Assembly: GCA_963514005.1 (NCBI GenBank)
Contig: OY740783.1
Span: 103,540,001 to 103,604,000 of the forward strand
Direction: 5' to 3'
From: Raja brachyura
Taxonomy: Eukaryota
Length of the DNA stretch: 64,000 bases
Position numbers and translations under genes: made by a program. Positions 13,119 to 27,550 of this stretch are shown piece after piece. Positions within the stretch are counted from its first letter, which is position 1. The number at the start of each line of letters is the position of its first letter. Under the pieces are notes generated by a model, which ran no database searches, was not told where the DNA came from, and worked only from the letters and a program-made list of their open reading frames with translations.

Positions 13119-14300
13119 GATGGATATTGGAGATGTAAGCATATAAACCTTTCAAACTGATCCTGCTTTATGGGATGGGGTGGTGGAGTTACCTCACAGC
13201 TCCAGATACGGGTTCAATACTAACCTCAAGTGCCATCTGTTTGGAGTTTCTCCTGGATACTCTGGTTTACACCCACATTCCAAAGATGTGGTGTTGATAC
13301 ATTAACTGTCCACTGTATTTGTCCCTTAGTGTGCAGGTGGGTGGTGGAATCTGGGGACAGGATGAACATTTGGGGAGAATGGACTATAAGGAAAATTAGT
13401 GGTCAATGGGATTGTTTTGTGAGCTGGTAAAGACTCATTGAGCTGAAAGACCTTCTTTGATGTTCAATAGGACGCCTATTGAAATAGTCTGACGTTGTCA
13501 AATGCCTGGTGGGTCGTGCACTGCCTGTAGCAGCAATGCCTGGGATGTGGTGTCTGGGATGTGAGGCCTCGGCAGGGCTCAAAATCCAGGGCCAGCACAA
13601 ATCAAAGCGACAAAGGACCCTTGTTAAAATGAAGAGTGGAAACGCTGAAACAAATATGTTCATCTCCAAGCACAAAACAACATTACTATTCGGTGTTTGG
13701 AGACTTCGTACTTTGTGAAAAATTGGAAAGATTCTGCATGTATTTCAGAAATCGTTTTTCATATATATATCAATGAAGATTTTATTTGGGACCAATCACC
13801 GGTAATTTCAGTCCTATAATACAAAACTCTAGACTGGATAGACAATGCATCCTATACCCAGGACAATGAAAAACATTTTTGTCAGGATATTTAGCCATTG
13901 GCACAGTGGTTGCAGAGAGAACAAAAGGATGAAGGAATAGTGCAGGAAACAAGCAAAGGAAACAGATAAGATCTTTTTCTGCAAGATTAAAGGCTGGATG
14001 CCCTTCCCATGCTATTTCTTATGCAGTTAATATGCAACGGCTGCCTCTGTGTTCTTGCAATCCCATTGGAAAAGTTGTCCTCTATTTGGACTTGGGACAG
14101 ATCCAATGTCACTTCAATTCAGTTATAATTCGATACTGTCTGTTGATCAGCAATGGAGCTCCCTTTTCCTATTTAATCAATTTTCTGGGTCATGACCATG
14201 TTGGCAAGATCAGCTTTTGACTGCTCATCAATAATTTCCCCTGAGAGGGTGCTGGTGAGCTGCCTTCTTCAACCACTACACTGTTTCTGGAGAAGATACA

Positions 14301-17018
14301 ACCGGATATAAATCAGGCATAGAAATGAGCGGAGAAATGGCATAGCGGGGAAATCAATAGGCGGTGGAATATGCTTCTATACTAACCAGGCTGGTGCAGC
14401 GACATCACGGTTCTGTCTATATTCTGTTCTCCTAATCTGGAATCTTTTTTTATAAATTGCAAATCCTTTTATTCTCCAAGGGAATTTACTTATTTTATTC
14501 TTGCTGGATTTTACATCTCCCCCCACCCCACCAAGCCTGCGTATGTGAGGTGCAAACGCAACTCACTGACCAGGTAATGAGAGTAAAGAGTGACCTTCTG
14601 GACTCCATGGTCATTGTTTTGGGGGATTTTCACAAGGCTAACCTCAGTCGAGAGCTTCCAAAATACAGACATCGCGTTACCTGCCCAACCAGAGGGGAGA
14701 GGACACTTGATCATTGTTATACTACAATCAATAACGCATATCGCTCTGTTCCCTGTGCAGCTCTGGAACTCTGATCATTGTTTAGTTCACCTTATTCTGA
14801 CCTAGAGAGGCAGAAACTAAAGTTTGCTAAGATTGTGGTCAGAACAATGAAAAAGTGGACAAGTGAAAATCTACAGTCCTGCTTTGACTGCACTGATTGG
14901 AATGTGTTCAGGGAAGCAACCACAAGCCCTGATGAATATATTGACATCATATGTCAGTTTTTGTGAGGACAGTTGCATTCCCAATAGGACCCGGATCAGG
15001 TTCAACGATGACAAGCCCTGGTTTACATCAGAACTGAGACAGCCCCGCCAGTCTAAAGATGAGGTCTCCAGGAGCAGGGATGCAGACCTCTACGGGCAGG
15101 CAAAGTACAAGGTAAGAAGAGGGATCAGAGCTGCCAAGGAAAGTTGAGAAGCAAGAAGTTGAGGAGAAAGTTCTCAGCTAATGACTCATCTTCAGTGTGG
15201 AAGAGCTTACAAGAAATCACCAGTTACAAGAGAAAACCGCCTTTTCCTTGGCCAATCATTAGCTGACCAATGACCTGAACAAATTCTACTGCAGGTTCAA
15301 TAGACAGAAACATGACCCCGGTACCCCCTCCCCCACTCCCCCACTACCCATCCACTCCTCCCCAATCACCACTTCACACCCACTTACAACCTGACTCCAG
15401 TCTGCAAAGACTGGGCCCTCGTCCACTGCCCAGCCCCTCCTTGCTGCGCAACATCAGTCTGGCCACTCCTCCATCACTAACAATAGCAATTGAGGAGGTG
15501 GAAAAACTATTCAGGAGACAGAAAAGTTGGAAATCTCCAGGATCGGACAATATTTCCCCCTCTACCCTCAAGCTCTGTGCTGAACAACTGACACCAGTCT
15601 ACACAGACATTTTCAATCGGTCCCTGCAAACCTGCACTGTCCCTGCCTGCTTCAAAGTCTCCACTATTGTTCCTGTAACCAAAACGCCAAGTCGTCTTAA
15701 TGACTACAGGCCTGTCGCACTGATCTCTGTAGTCATGAAGACCCTTGAAAGACTTGTGCTGGCCCACCTGAAAAATATCACAAACCCCCTGCAGCTTGCA
15801 TGCTGGGCCAATAGATCAGTGGATGATGCAGTCAACCTGGGCCTGCACTTTATCCTCCAGCACTTAGATTGCCAGGGGACCTATGCAAGGATTTTGCTTG
15901 TGGATTTTAGCTCTGCATTCAACACCATTGTGCCAGAGCTACTACACTCCAAACTTTCCGAGTTGACTGTGCCTGAACCCCTCTGTCGGTGGATCACCAA
16001 CTTCCTGACAGACAGGAAGCAGCTTATGAGGCTGAGAAAGCACATCTCACACCCACTAACCCTCAGCAGAGAAGCACTGCAGGGCTACGTACTCTCCCCA
16101 CTCCTCTACTCTCTCCACTCCTCTACTCTCTCTACACCAATGACTGCACCTCCACAGACACCTCTGTCAAGCTTCTCAAGTTTGCGGATGACACAACCCT
16201 GATTGGACTGATCCAGGATGGGGAGGAATCTGCCTACAGACAGGAAGTGTCACAGCTGCCGTCCTGGTGCCATCGCAACAACCTAGAGCTCAACTCTCGT
16301 AAGACAGTGGAATTGATTGTAGACTTTAGGAGAGCTCCCCTCCACTCCCCCCACTCACCATCAACAACACCATAGTCACATCTGTGGAGTCATTTAAGTT
16401 CCTTGGAACCATCATCTCCAGGGACCTTAAATGGGAGGCCACCATCAACTCCACAGCCAAAAAGGCCCAACAAAAGATATACTTATTGCGGCAGCTGAGA
16501 TAACACAATCTGCCATAGGCAATGATGGTCCCGTTTTTGTACTGCCATCATAGAGTTTGTCCTCACCTTCCCCATCCTGGTCTGGTTTGGCTTAGCCACC
16601 AAGAATAACATCCAGATACTGCAGCGCATCGTTCGATCAGCAGAGAAGAATATTGGCTGCAACCTTCCCTCATCAACGAACTGTACACTGCAAGGGCCAG
16701 GAAGCGAGCGTGTAAAATCATCTCTGTCCCCTCTCACCTTGGCCGCAAACTCCTTGAAGCGCTTCCCTCTGGAAGGCGACTCCGACTTTCAAAGCCACCA
16801 CAGTCAGCCAGACATTAGCTCTACTCAACAGCCAAAAGTCTGTGGCCTCCTTTTGCTCTAGTATTTTATTTCATTCTTCACATGTTTAAATAATAATGTT
16901 TTATTTTTAATTGTCTACTGTATATCGTGTTGTTACTTGCGAGCAAAGCACCAAGGCAAATTCCTTGTATGTATACATACTTGGCTACTAACATTTATCC
17001 TATTCAATTCAATTCAAA
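14301..17018 (+). mobile_element. Rex1/Babar-like LINE, 5'-truncated and degenerate (APE + RT)
   Basis: GDF, TLDHCY, KPWF, DYRPVAL, DFSSAFNTI and KFADD across frameshifted ORFs; (ATTCA)n tail. Confidence 0.88.
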
Positions 17019-17019
17019 C

Positions 17020-17595
17020 TGAGCAAGTGAGGTGTTACACTTTGGGAGGTCTAATGTAAGGGGGGAGTATATAGTTAATGGCAAGATTCGTAGCAGCATT
17101 GATGTACAGAGAGAATTTGGGATCTAAGTTCATTGCTCCCTGAAAGTGGGAACACAAATACCCAGAGTGGCAAAGAAGTGATATGGTATGTTTGCCTTTA
17201 TCGATTAGGGATTGAATATAAGAGTCAGTCAGTCATGTTGCAGCTCTATAGGACTTTGGTTAGGGCTCATTTTGAGTACTGTGTGTAGTTCTGGTTGCCT
17301 CATGACTGGAAGGATATGGAGGATTCAGCATGGGTGCAGAAAATGTTTATTGGAATGGATTAGAGGATATTAGCTTGAGGTAGAGATTGGACAAACTTAG
17401 ATTGTTTTCTCTGGACCATCAGAGGCCGAGGGGAGATCTGACAGAAATATATAAAATTATAAGAGGCAAAGATAGGGTAGATAGTCAGAACCTTTCTCTT
17501 AGGCTGATCTCAAGATCAGCCATGATCACATTGAATGGCGGTGCTGACTTGAAGGGCCGAATGGCCTACTCCTGCACCTATTGCCTATTGTTTAT
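17020..17595 (+). mobile_element. Degenerate CR1 3' portion
   Basis: RPHLEYCVQFW-like DNA and LFSL..RGDL.E.YKII; shark-type CR1 3' UTR. Confidence 0.7.
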
Positions 17596-17619
17596 AAGAT
17601 TAGAGGACACAGCTTTGTG

Positions 17620-18400
17620 CCAAGGAAACAAGGAACTGATTGTGGACTTTGGAAGGGGAAGGATGAGGATCCACAATCAAAGTCTCCAAAGTTATATCAA
17701 TTGGTCGATGGTGGAGAGGGTCAACAACTTCAAATTCCTGGGCATGCATATTTCCAAAGATCTTTCCTGGAGCCAACACACTGACGCAATTATAAAAAAG
17801 GCACATCAGCGCCTCTACTTCCCGAGAAGACTACAAAGATTCAGTTTGCCAAAGAGGATTCTCTTGAACTTCTACAGGTGTACAGTACAGAGCATACTGA
17901 CTGATTGCATCATGGCCTGGTTTCGCAACTTTCATGTCCAGGAGCGAAAAAGACTGTAAAAAGTTGTGAACACTACCCAATCCACCACCGGCTGTGACCT
18001 CTCCACCATCGAAGGGATCTATCGATGTCGCTGTCTCAAAAAGGCAACGGACATCATCAAAGGCTCACACCATCCTGGCCACACACTCATTTCACCATTG
18101 CCATCGAGAAGAAGGTACAGGAGCTTGAAAACTTTAACATCAAGGTTCAGGAACAGTTTCTTCCCTACAGCCATCAGGCTATTAAACAGGACAACAAATA
18201 AGCTCTGAACTACAACAGACTATTATTATTATTATTGAACTATATTTGTTTATTTTTTGAGTATGTGTGCCTGTGTATATAGACACACTGAACTTTTTTC
18301 TCCTATTATGCACTATGTTTACATATTCTATTGTGCTGCAGCAAGCAAGAATTTAATTGTCCTATCTGGGACACATGACAATAAAACACTCTTGACTCTT
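17620..18400 (+). mobile_element. Rex1/Babar-like LINE 3' fragment inside a CR1 remnant
   Basis: KELIVDF, FKFLG, AHQRLY, LPSRRRYRS, SFFPTAIRLLN; tail gacaataaaacactcttgact. Confidence 0.8.
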
Positions 18401-20689
18401 CAATCAATCAATCAATCAGTTTTATTCATCACTTGCACATAAAGTGCAAGTGAAATGAATTTGCCAGCAGCGGTACAGTAAAAAGGTTTTGTAAACACTA
18501 CCCAGTCCACCACCGGCTATGACCTTGACTCTTGACTTCACTTTGTGAGAGGGGAAAAAGCTTAAAGGAGGTGTGCGGTGCAACATTTTATACACAGAGT
18601 TGTGGGTGCCTGGCACAGTCAGGGGTGGTGGTGGTGGTGGAATTTAAGTGGCTTTTAGAAAGGCACATGAATATGCAGGGATGGAATGATATGGATCACG
18701 TGCAAGCAGAAGAGATTAGTTTAACTTGGTATCATATTTGGCAGAGACATTGGGGGCTGAAGAGCCTGTTGCTGAGCTGGTATGTTCTTGGTTAAGATAC
18801 TACCACATTGCTGTTCGGGGGAAAGTGCCAGGAATAAGATCAAGTGATACTGAAGGAATCACAATGTATTTCCAAGGCAATCTGGTCTGTAATTATTCCC
18901 ATATGATTGCTTTCCTTGCCCTTCTTGGTGGTAGAGGTTGAGGGTTTAGGATGTCATGTTGAAGGCTGGAACACATTGAACAAGCAACAGTAGCACATAT
19001 TAAGTGTTAGATTTCATTTTCCACGTATCAAACCTATGCCTGAATGTTGTCCAAGTATTGGTCTTTGCTGACAGGAACCGCTTTCTGTGCTGAGGAATTG
19101 TGAGTGGAACTGAAAATTATGCAATCATGAATGAATTTCCCTTCTTCCGATGGAAGAAAGGTAATTGGTTAATAATGGTGCCTGGGACCAGGACACTGCC
19201 CTGAGCATTTCCTGCAATTATTCTGGTGCTGGATTAATTATCATTAAATCCAACAATCACAACTGTCATTCTTTATGCAACGTATGATTGAACCGCAGGA
19301 GTGAAGCCCATTGACTGCAGTTTTCACAGGGCTTCTTGATTAGACTGTTGGAGGTCAATTAATCCAGCCCAGAATAACTGCAGGAAATGTTCAGTGCAGT
19401 GTCTTAATTCTAATCATCATTACGTAATCAATAACCTTCCTTCCATCATAAAATCAGAAGTGGGGAAATTCAATGATGATTGCACAATGTTCAATTCCAT
19501 TCATAGCTCCTCAGCAAATGACACGGTGTCAAATGCACCTTGAATGTCAAGAGTAGCCACTCTCACCTCGTCCTTGAAAGTCAACCCTTTGCCCATGCAT
19601 GGACTAAGGTTGTGATGGAGTCATGCAGCCCTGATGAAATCTGGAAATGAACAAACAGGTTATCATTCAGCAAGTGCCATTTAATAGGACTTTCAACAAC
19701 ACAGTCAATTATTTTTGATGATTGAGGTGGTAATTACTCAGATTGGAATAGTCTTGCTCTTTGTGAAAGGAATACACTCAGATATGTCTGGGCACATGCC
19801 AGTGTTGTAATTCTATCCAAATAGCTTGACGACAGATGATGGATGTGTCTTTTGTAGCACACCTGAAGGGGTCAAGGAAAGAGCGTTCACATCGCGGCCC
19901 TGTTTCCACCAATCTTTCCACCACCATGCACGAGAAGCACAAGAAGCAACAAGACAGACACCATTGTATGCAGATGCCGGGAAGTGTGTTCAGCTCTGGC
20001 TGAACAACTTCTAATCTTGTGTGTGGACTCGATAAGAAGAAGAAGCATGCCCTCAGCCCTTCTTAGATATCATATGCAATTTATGTGTTACTTATGTTTT
20101 TGTGTGTTTGTCTGAGTCTATGAGCCTGTGATGCTGCTGCAAACAAGGTTTTAATTGTAACTATACCTCACCGTACTTGTACATATGCCAAGAAACTCAC
20201 CTTGATTTAGAATGAATCAAATTGTTTGTTGATTGGCCTCTGTGACTATGGGGATCATGGAAGAAGGAGAGTTAGATGATCCACTTTGCTCTCTGGCTGA
20301 ACATGGCTACAAATACTTAAGAAAGAACTGCAGATGCTGAAAAAAATCAAATGTGGACAAAAAATGATGGAGAAACTCAGCAGGTGAGGCAGCATCTTTG
20401 GAGAGAAGGAATTGGCGATGTTTCATACCCAAAACATCACCAATTCCTTCTCTCCATAGATGCTGCCTCACCGCTGAGTTTCTCCAGCATTTTTTGTCAA
20501 CCTTATGGTTGCAAATATGTCAGCCTTGCACACTGGGCTCTATCCTTGCTAAGAAAGATGTTCTTGAAGAATCCTCCTTCATTTAATGGTTTAGTTGTCC
20601 ACGACCTTTGCAACTATAAATGGCAAAACTGCAGATCTGACTGATTGGCAGTGGAATTGCTTATCTTTATCTATTAATTGAATTGAGTG

Positions 20690-20985
20690 AAAGATACAGC
20701 ATGGAAATTTGCTCGTCGGCCCCCCTGAGCACACGCTGACCATCATTCGCCCATTCACACTAGTTCTTGTCATCCCACTTTTGCATCTACTCCTTACACA
20801 GTGGGCACAATTTACAGAGGTCAATTAAGCACCAAGCCTGTACATCTTTGGGATGTGGGAGCAAACCAGAGCACTCGGAGGCAATCGACGTAGTCAAGGG
20901 GAGAACGTCCAAACTCCACACAGGATCGAACCCGGGTCTATGGCACTGTGGGACAACATCTCTACCAGCAACAACACTGTGCTGC
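20690..20985 (-). mobile_element. HE1-type SINE
   Basis: ggatcgaacccgggtct B box on the minus strand; V-domain. Confidence 0.7.
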
Positions 20986-23484
20986 TCTGCATTCTTATTT
21001 TTTTCTGATGGGCTTACCAGCTTTCTCTATTGCAGCTGGGCAGGCACTTCATTTTTAAATACATAGGTGCTGCTTCCAGCATGTCCTTCTGCGTTCCTCA
21101 CTGACCAGGGGTAATTTTCTGACTCGATAGGAATGCTTGAGGGATTTGTTGGACCTTGAGTGTATTGTATATATCCTTGAGCAGCATAAAATGTTATTTT
21201 TCCAATGATTTTCATTTATACTGAGCTGCATTGAAAGTGCAGTACTCCCTCAAAGCTTCTCATTCTAATAATAAAACAACATGAAGCCCCCAAACTGAGA
21301 CATTTCCTAAAATAAAAATCAGTAGGGGTGTGAGCAAGGTGACAGCTCTCAGTGACTTTGTCAACTGCGTGGTAGAACATCTCACTGTTTTATTTGGATA
21401 AACCATAATTTATTCTCTGCTTTATATCTTTCATGCTTGTGTGAGTCCAAGATTAATCTGTATTCACTAACTACCTGAGATCGGAGGTTGCTTCAGAAAA
21501 TTAAGCAAAATAGTTGTGGCTCTGAGCTCAGCAGTCATTTTAGATTAATCAGCAGCTCCATCAATCTTCGACCTTGGGCCATCTGCTGTTACTAACTTTA
21601 ACTGAGATGCTGTTGGGGAATTGACGATTCCAGTCGGCAGGACTATCTTGGGCTCAGAGTACACATCCAGCAATTATACGTGGAATTCATAAAAGGACAC
21701 AGTGGGAATAATATTCTCCGTATTAGAACCATCTAATTTTTGGTTTCAATACTGTCAAGTAGCCTGGGATGTAGCTGCAGAGTTTGGTGTGGTTCATCGA
21801 GCAGCAATGAGGGGGATATGATGGGGATAGATAGGGTAGATAATAAGAATTTTGCCATGTTGCGGGTGTCAATGACAAGAGGATCTAAATTTAAGATGAG
21901 ATGTACTAGGTTTAAAGGCAATTCGAGTGGGATTTTGTTCTCTCACAGAGAGTAAATAGAGTCCAGAATAATGGTGGAGGCAGATACACTCGTAACATTT
22001 CAGGCTCATCTTGGCAAGCACTTGAATCACCAAGGCACAGAAGGCTAGTGACCTAAGGAGGGTAAAAGGGATAGGAGAGTGCAACAGTAGTGTGGATGTG
22101 GTGGGCTGAAGGGCCTGTGGCTGTGCTGTGTGACTATAATTCTATGACTATTTCACCACAGAAAAGAGTATGCAATGTTTTTGTTCCTTGTTGAGGCTGA
22201 GGCCTGAGAGATGGGTGGAAAGTCCTAATGGAACTCAGCCAAGTGCAGTGTATAACCCATTAATCATCAGCCAGAGGCTCACGACTCGTCTCAGCCCCTA
22301 GTCCAGTAATGCCTTGATTTAAAACGTCTTGGGTATGACTTGAAATCTTTCTGTGGCCTTTCATATGCACCCTCCCCAGCTCTACAATCCCTGAGATAGC
22401 TGGACTTCCTCAATTCTAAATTCTACCACAAGCTATAAATCCATTGCTCCACCAGTCCTGGCCAGGCTCCTGTTGCTTGCATCCCAAGCTCTGGAATTCC
22501 TCCTGCCTGTATGCTGCTCCCTCCTTCCGCGAGACACATCTTAAATCCGACCAAACTTTTAACTGTCTTAATATCTCTTTTTGTTTCAACATTAATTGCT
22601 GCTTGGCATTGCTTTTGTAAAGCACCTTGGAAATGTTCTGTGGCACTATAGGCACTTTATTAATGCTAACTATTATGGTTTTCTATACCATTCCATTTTA
22701 TTGTTAAAGCCATTTCTAGACTCTCATCAAAGCCATAATTAAAATTGTAGCTAATTCAATGCAGTTAGGATGCTAATTCTTTAGAATGTTCATTATATTC
22801 TGACGTAGGCCATAATAAAAGTCATTTAACCAAAGGACCTGGCTCTTTAGTATTAATTGGGCAATGGCAACTTGTATTTACATCCATGAAAACTGATTCT
22901 TTCAATTAGAAGGCAACACTTGAGAGAAATAAATGTTTTTTATGCCATCAAATAATCCTGCAAGCACCAACCGTTTTACGTGACCTTCGATTCTTTCCAG
23001 AATATCTGCATGTTTCTGTTGTTAGGACACGTCTTCCCTGGCAGGTGTTATTTTCAACGGAATTCAGTGGATTTAATTTGTTGACTGTTTGAATAAAGTG
23101 TTTGAACAGTACGGCAAAGTGATGCTGGGGTTAATGATGGAGCCAAATGGCAACTTAGAAAATGGAGAACAGCCAGATGCATGGGAATGCATTGTCTTAC
23201 CTGCAAGTTGCCCTGCAAGATGAAACCAAGCTTACATGGACATATATCACTGCCCAATCATTGTCACCAGGTCACAATATTAGTTTGGGATGCATCTAAA
23301 TGTTGGCCTCCCAGCAATGACAATTGACAATAGACAATCGACAATAAGTGCAGAAGTCGACCATTTGGCTCTTTAAGCCAGCACTGCCATTCACTGTGAT
23401 CCATGGCTGATCATTCACAATCAGTACCCTGTTCCTGCCTTCTCCCCACATTCCTTGACTTTGCTGTATGCTCCCATTTGTTCT

Positions 23485-24760
23485 AAAATCAAGAGTGTTT
23501 TTTGTTGTCATATGTCCCGGATGGGGCAATTAAATTCTTACTTGCTGCAGCACCAGAATATGTGAATATGTAAACATAGTACATAACGGGGGAAGATAAA
23601 AAAAAATAATACGTTTCAATATATAACAATTATAGTGCTATAATAGTATAGTTTGGCGGTCTCAAGAACGACAACTGAACTTTTAAACGAATCTATATTC
23701 GAAAATTCACTCTTCAGTAAACAGGTCTCTTGACACATCTGGCCACATCGGTGGTCAGTGCTGAACTGCCGCACGAAAGCAAAACCGCACGAAAACAAGC
23801 AGGCCCTCCCGAATCACGTGACCGCGGCTTCCGAACGGCGGGTTCGATACCAACGTGCCAGTAGGCGCCGCTACAATAGTCTTTTGCAGTACAGAGATCA
23901 GAACTTAATCGCTGTTGTGTTTAGTAGCCTGATGGCTGTAGGGAAGCAGCTGTTCCTGAACTGGACGTTATAGTTTTCAGGCTCCTGTACCTTGTTTCTG
24001 ATCGCAATGGTGAAATGAGTGTGTGGCCAAGATGGTGTGGGTCTTTGATGATTTTGGCAGCCTTTTTGAGGCAGCGACTGCGATAGATCCCTTCGACGGT
24101 GGGGAGGTCAAAGCCGGTGATGGACTGGGCAGCGGTCACAACTTTTGTAGTCTTTTTCTCTCCTGGACGTTCAAGTTCCGAACCAAGCCACGATGCAACC
24201 AGAATGCTCCCTACCGTGCACCTGTAGAAGTTTAGGAGAATCCTCAGTCATGGGTATAGAGTGAGTAAAGCAGGGGGCTGAGCACGCAGCCTTGAGGTAC
24301 TCCTGTACTAATTGCTACTGAGGATGAAGTGTTTCTGCCAATTTGATCAGACTGTGGTCTGTGGATGAGGAAGTCGAGGATCCAATTGCAGAGGGATGTG
24401 CAGAGACCCAGTTCCGTGAGCTTGGTAATCAGCTTGGAAGGGATGATGGTATTAAACGCTGAGCTGTAGTCTATAAATAACAGGCTGACGTAAGTGTTTT
24501 TATTGTCCAAGTGGTCCAATGCGGAGTGGAGAGCCAGTGAAATTGCATCCTCCGTTGACCTGTTGTGGCAGTATGCGAACTGTAGTGGGTCGAGGTTCTT
24601 GTCAAGGTAGGAGGTGATGTGCACCATAACCAACCTCTCAAAGCACTTCATCACCACAGACATTAGTGCTGCTGGTCGATAGTCATTGAGGCACGTCACC
24701 TTACTCTTCTTGGGCACCGGTATTATCGATGCCCTCTTAAAGCAGGTGGGAACCTTAGAA
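23485..24760 (-). mobile_element. Rex1/Babar-like LINE fragment
   Basis: ORF 24244-24717 ([31 protein letters not shown]), ORF 23921-24139 and a typical 3' UTR. Confidence 0.85.
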
Positions 24761-26189
24761 TTGAGAGGTTGAAACCAGAAAAGGAAATGGCATAGATCTT
24801 AAGTTGGTTTCACAAAGACAAATGCTGCACAGATGCAATGGTAGAATGACACTTTTATTGTACTCTCCTCCATGAACTATTCTGTGCCGTTTCCCTGTAT
24901 GAGATGACAAGCCAAGTGTTATATTGAAATGACGCCTGCCAGATTTTATGAGTATAATTTAAGCTTTTATTCCATTTGTGTCATTCACCATTCTTTGAAT
25001 AATCACAGGGGAGAATAACATTGTTTATTCTTTGTCCTTTGTGGCTCACTCATCGTAGTCAGTATTATTACATTTTCCTCCCGTGATGTCAGGAAAGATT
25101 CCTTGCCTGCTCAGTGGTATTACAGGCTGAAGATTTATTTCCTATGATGCCCACAGACAGCAAATACTGTAAAACACATAGAATCTCCTATAATGTTCAG
25201 TCAGAGAGAAGAGCGCAAGATTGGTACAGGGGGTAAATTGATAAAGGCAACGAGGTTACATCAGTCAATCAGTGAGTCTTGTTCACACCTGTCAAAGGAA
25301 GATACATAACTGATCATAGATTACGTGTTCTGGAAAGGAGTCTTTCCCTGCTGTTGGGGGCCATGCATCTTACAAATGCTCTTGGGAATGAATGAAATTG
25401 GCCCAGTGGCGTTCCCATCTTCTGCTGTCCCCACTGGTCTGGACAAGTTATCCAATCCAAGGAATTTATGGTGGGCCACCTTTCGTGCCAAGTATGGCCC
25501 TAGGATGAAAACCTGAAAGGATGCAGTAGGCGTTGCAGTGGGATGGACAGAGGGTTTCAATTGCAACACCTACTAAATGTCTCTTAGTGTACAGGTGAGC
25601 AGTAGAAATTTGTGAATGGGGAAAGAATAAAAATGCAATTGGAGTAACAAGTGTCAATTTGTATTTGATGATTGACAAGGATTCAGTGAGTTAACTTGCC
25701 CGTTTCCATCCTGAATGTCTCCAACAGTAAGTACCTCAAGAAATATTGGATTAGTGGAGCAAAGTGATGCTGAGGTTAATAGAGGAGCCAAATTGCCAAG
25801 TCACCTAAGTCATATTTTTTAAAGCAGGAAAGACTAAATGTGCCAATACGAGGGATGCAGTAAACCTGTTTGACTTTGTCCTCTTTATTTTCAGATGAAT
25901 CTGTGCATTGTAGTACATGCCGGAGTGACTATTGCACAATCTTGTTAGGCCATGTTCTGCGTTCACACAAACATCCTGCATTGCACCATGTAGCACCACA
26001 ACTCTGTCAGATTTGGCAGCTCAAAGATTGGTTTGAGTCGCAACAGAACATCTGCAGGAGCCTTCAATAAGCAGGAAAGTGTGCCAGCACAATCTATACC
26101 CTTATTGCCCAGTATCTATTTCACTCATTGTCAAACCAGGGGACCAATGCTGGTTCTCAATAAGGTATAGAGGGATAGGCAACTACATG

Positions 26190-26300
26190 CAGTGGCGGAC
26201 TAGCCAGGGTGTCAGCTTGCCCGATGGCAAGTGGGCCCCTGATGAAGTGGGTCCCCTTTGTCTCCTGGCAATCAATAATTTTAGACCCAGTCTGCCACTG
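26190..26300. mobile_element. 111-bp hAT-type MITE
   Basis: TIRs CAGTGGCGGACT / AGTCTGCCACTG; perfect 8-bp TSD ACTACATG at 26182-26189 and 26301-26308. Confidence 0.88.
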
Positions 26301-26697
26301 ACTACATGAATCCTTTCCAGCAAAAGCAATTTACTCCAGGTGGAGCTAAGTAATCCCCAAACTATTTAGACAATAGATAATAGACAATAGACAATAGACA
26401 ATAGACGCAGGAGTAGGCCATTTGGCCCTTCGAGCCAGCACCGCCATTTAACGTGATCATGGCTGATCATCCACAATCAGTACCCTGTTCATGCCCGGTC
26501 CCCATATCCCTTAACTCCACTATCCCTAAGAGCTCTATCTAACTCTCTCTTGAAAGCTTCTAGAGAACAAGCCTCCACCGCCCTCTGAGGCAGAGAATTC
26601 CACACACTCATAACTCTGTGTGAAAAAGCTTTTCCTCATCTCCGTTCTAAATGGTTTACCACTTATTCTTAAACTATGGCCCCTGGTTTAAATCCTG

Positions 26698-26885
26698 CAA
26701 TTAGCTACTCCTGTTTTTGATATTATACGCTTCAAACCTGGACGTATGTATTGAGTAGATAAGTGGAGAGTATTGTGTCATACTCATGGCTAAGTGACTA
26801 TGACACAATACTCTCCAATTATCTACTCAATACATACTAGTCCAGGTTTGAAGCATATAATATCAAAAACAGGAGTAGCTAATTG
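26698..26885. repeat. Foldback inverted repeat (~85-bp arms, 16-nt spacer)
   Basis: caattagctactcctgtttttgatattat...tgtgtcata pairs with tatgacaca...atatcaaaaacaggagtagctaattg. Confidence 0.9.
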
Positions 26886-27352
26886 TCCCCTTTGCACCCT
26901 CCATCATTAAATAAGATTATGCTGACCTTAAAGCTATCCACTTGTTTATAACCCTGCTCATCCCACTAGTATTTTAGTGCTCACTCCCTCCTCCTCCTCC
27001 TCAAACAGCCACAATTTTAATTAAAAAACGACATTCATCATGAGTAACATCATAAAGAACTGTAATACTTTACTTGAGAGAAGATGTAGGAGAGTTTTTC
27101 AGAGATAAAGGAATGTAGTTATAAGTTCAGAATCTGGTTTGATTGTCTTTGGAACAGAGGAGGTTCAGAGGGGTCAATTAATTTGTTCCATTAAATTCTG
27201 GGAGTGTGGAGAGTAGCTAACGTGAAATTTCCCCCATTGGCAGAAGTATAAGGAAGCGGGAAACGTAGAATAAAGCAGATTGCAAAAGCACCAGAAGTGA
27301 CATGCGGATAAAACCTCTTACACAACAAGTGGTTATATCTGGAATACAATGC

Positions 27353-27550
27353 TGTGTGTGTGAGAGAGTGTGTGTGTGTGAGTGTGAGTGTGCAAAAGTG
27401 TGCATGTGAAAGTGCATGTGTGAGTGTGTGTCAGTGTGTGTGTGAAAGTGCATGTGTGAGTGTGTGTGTGTGATAGTGTATGTGTGAGATTGTGTGTGAG
27501 AGTGTGTGTGTGAGTGTGAGATAGTGTGAGTGTGAGATAGTGTGAGTGTG
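27353..27550 (+). repeat. Compound (TG)n/(TGAG)n microsatellite
   Basis: Direct inspection. Confidence 0.9.

Noticed and set aside
19085-19520. ~160-bp diverged inverted duplication
   Set aside because: Both arms are the RT region of an ancient CR1-like LINE; an ordinary rearranged insertion.
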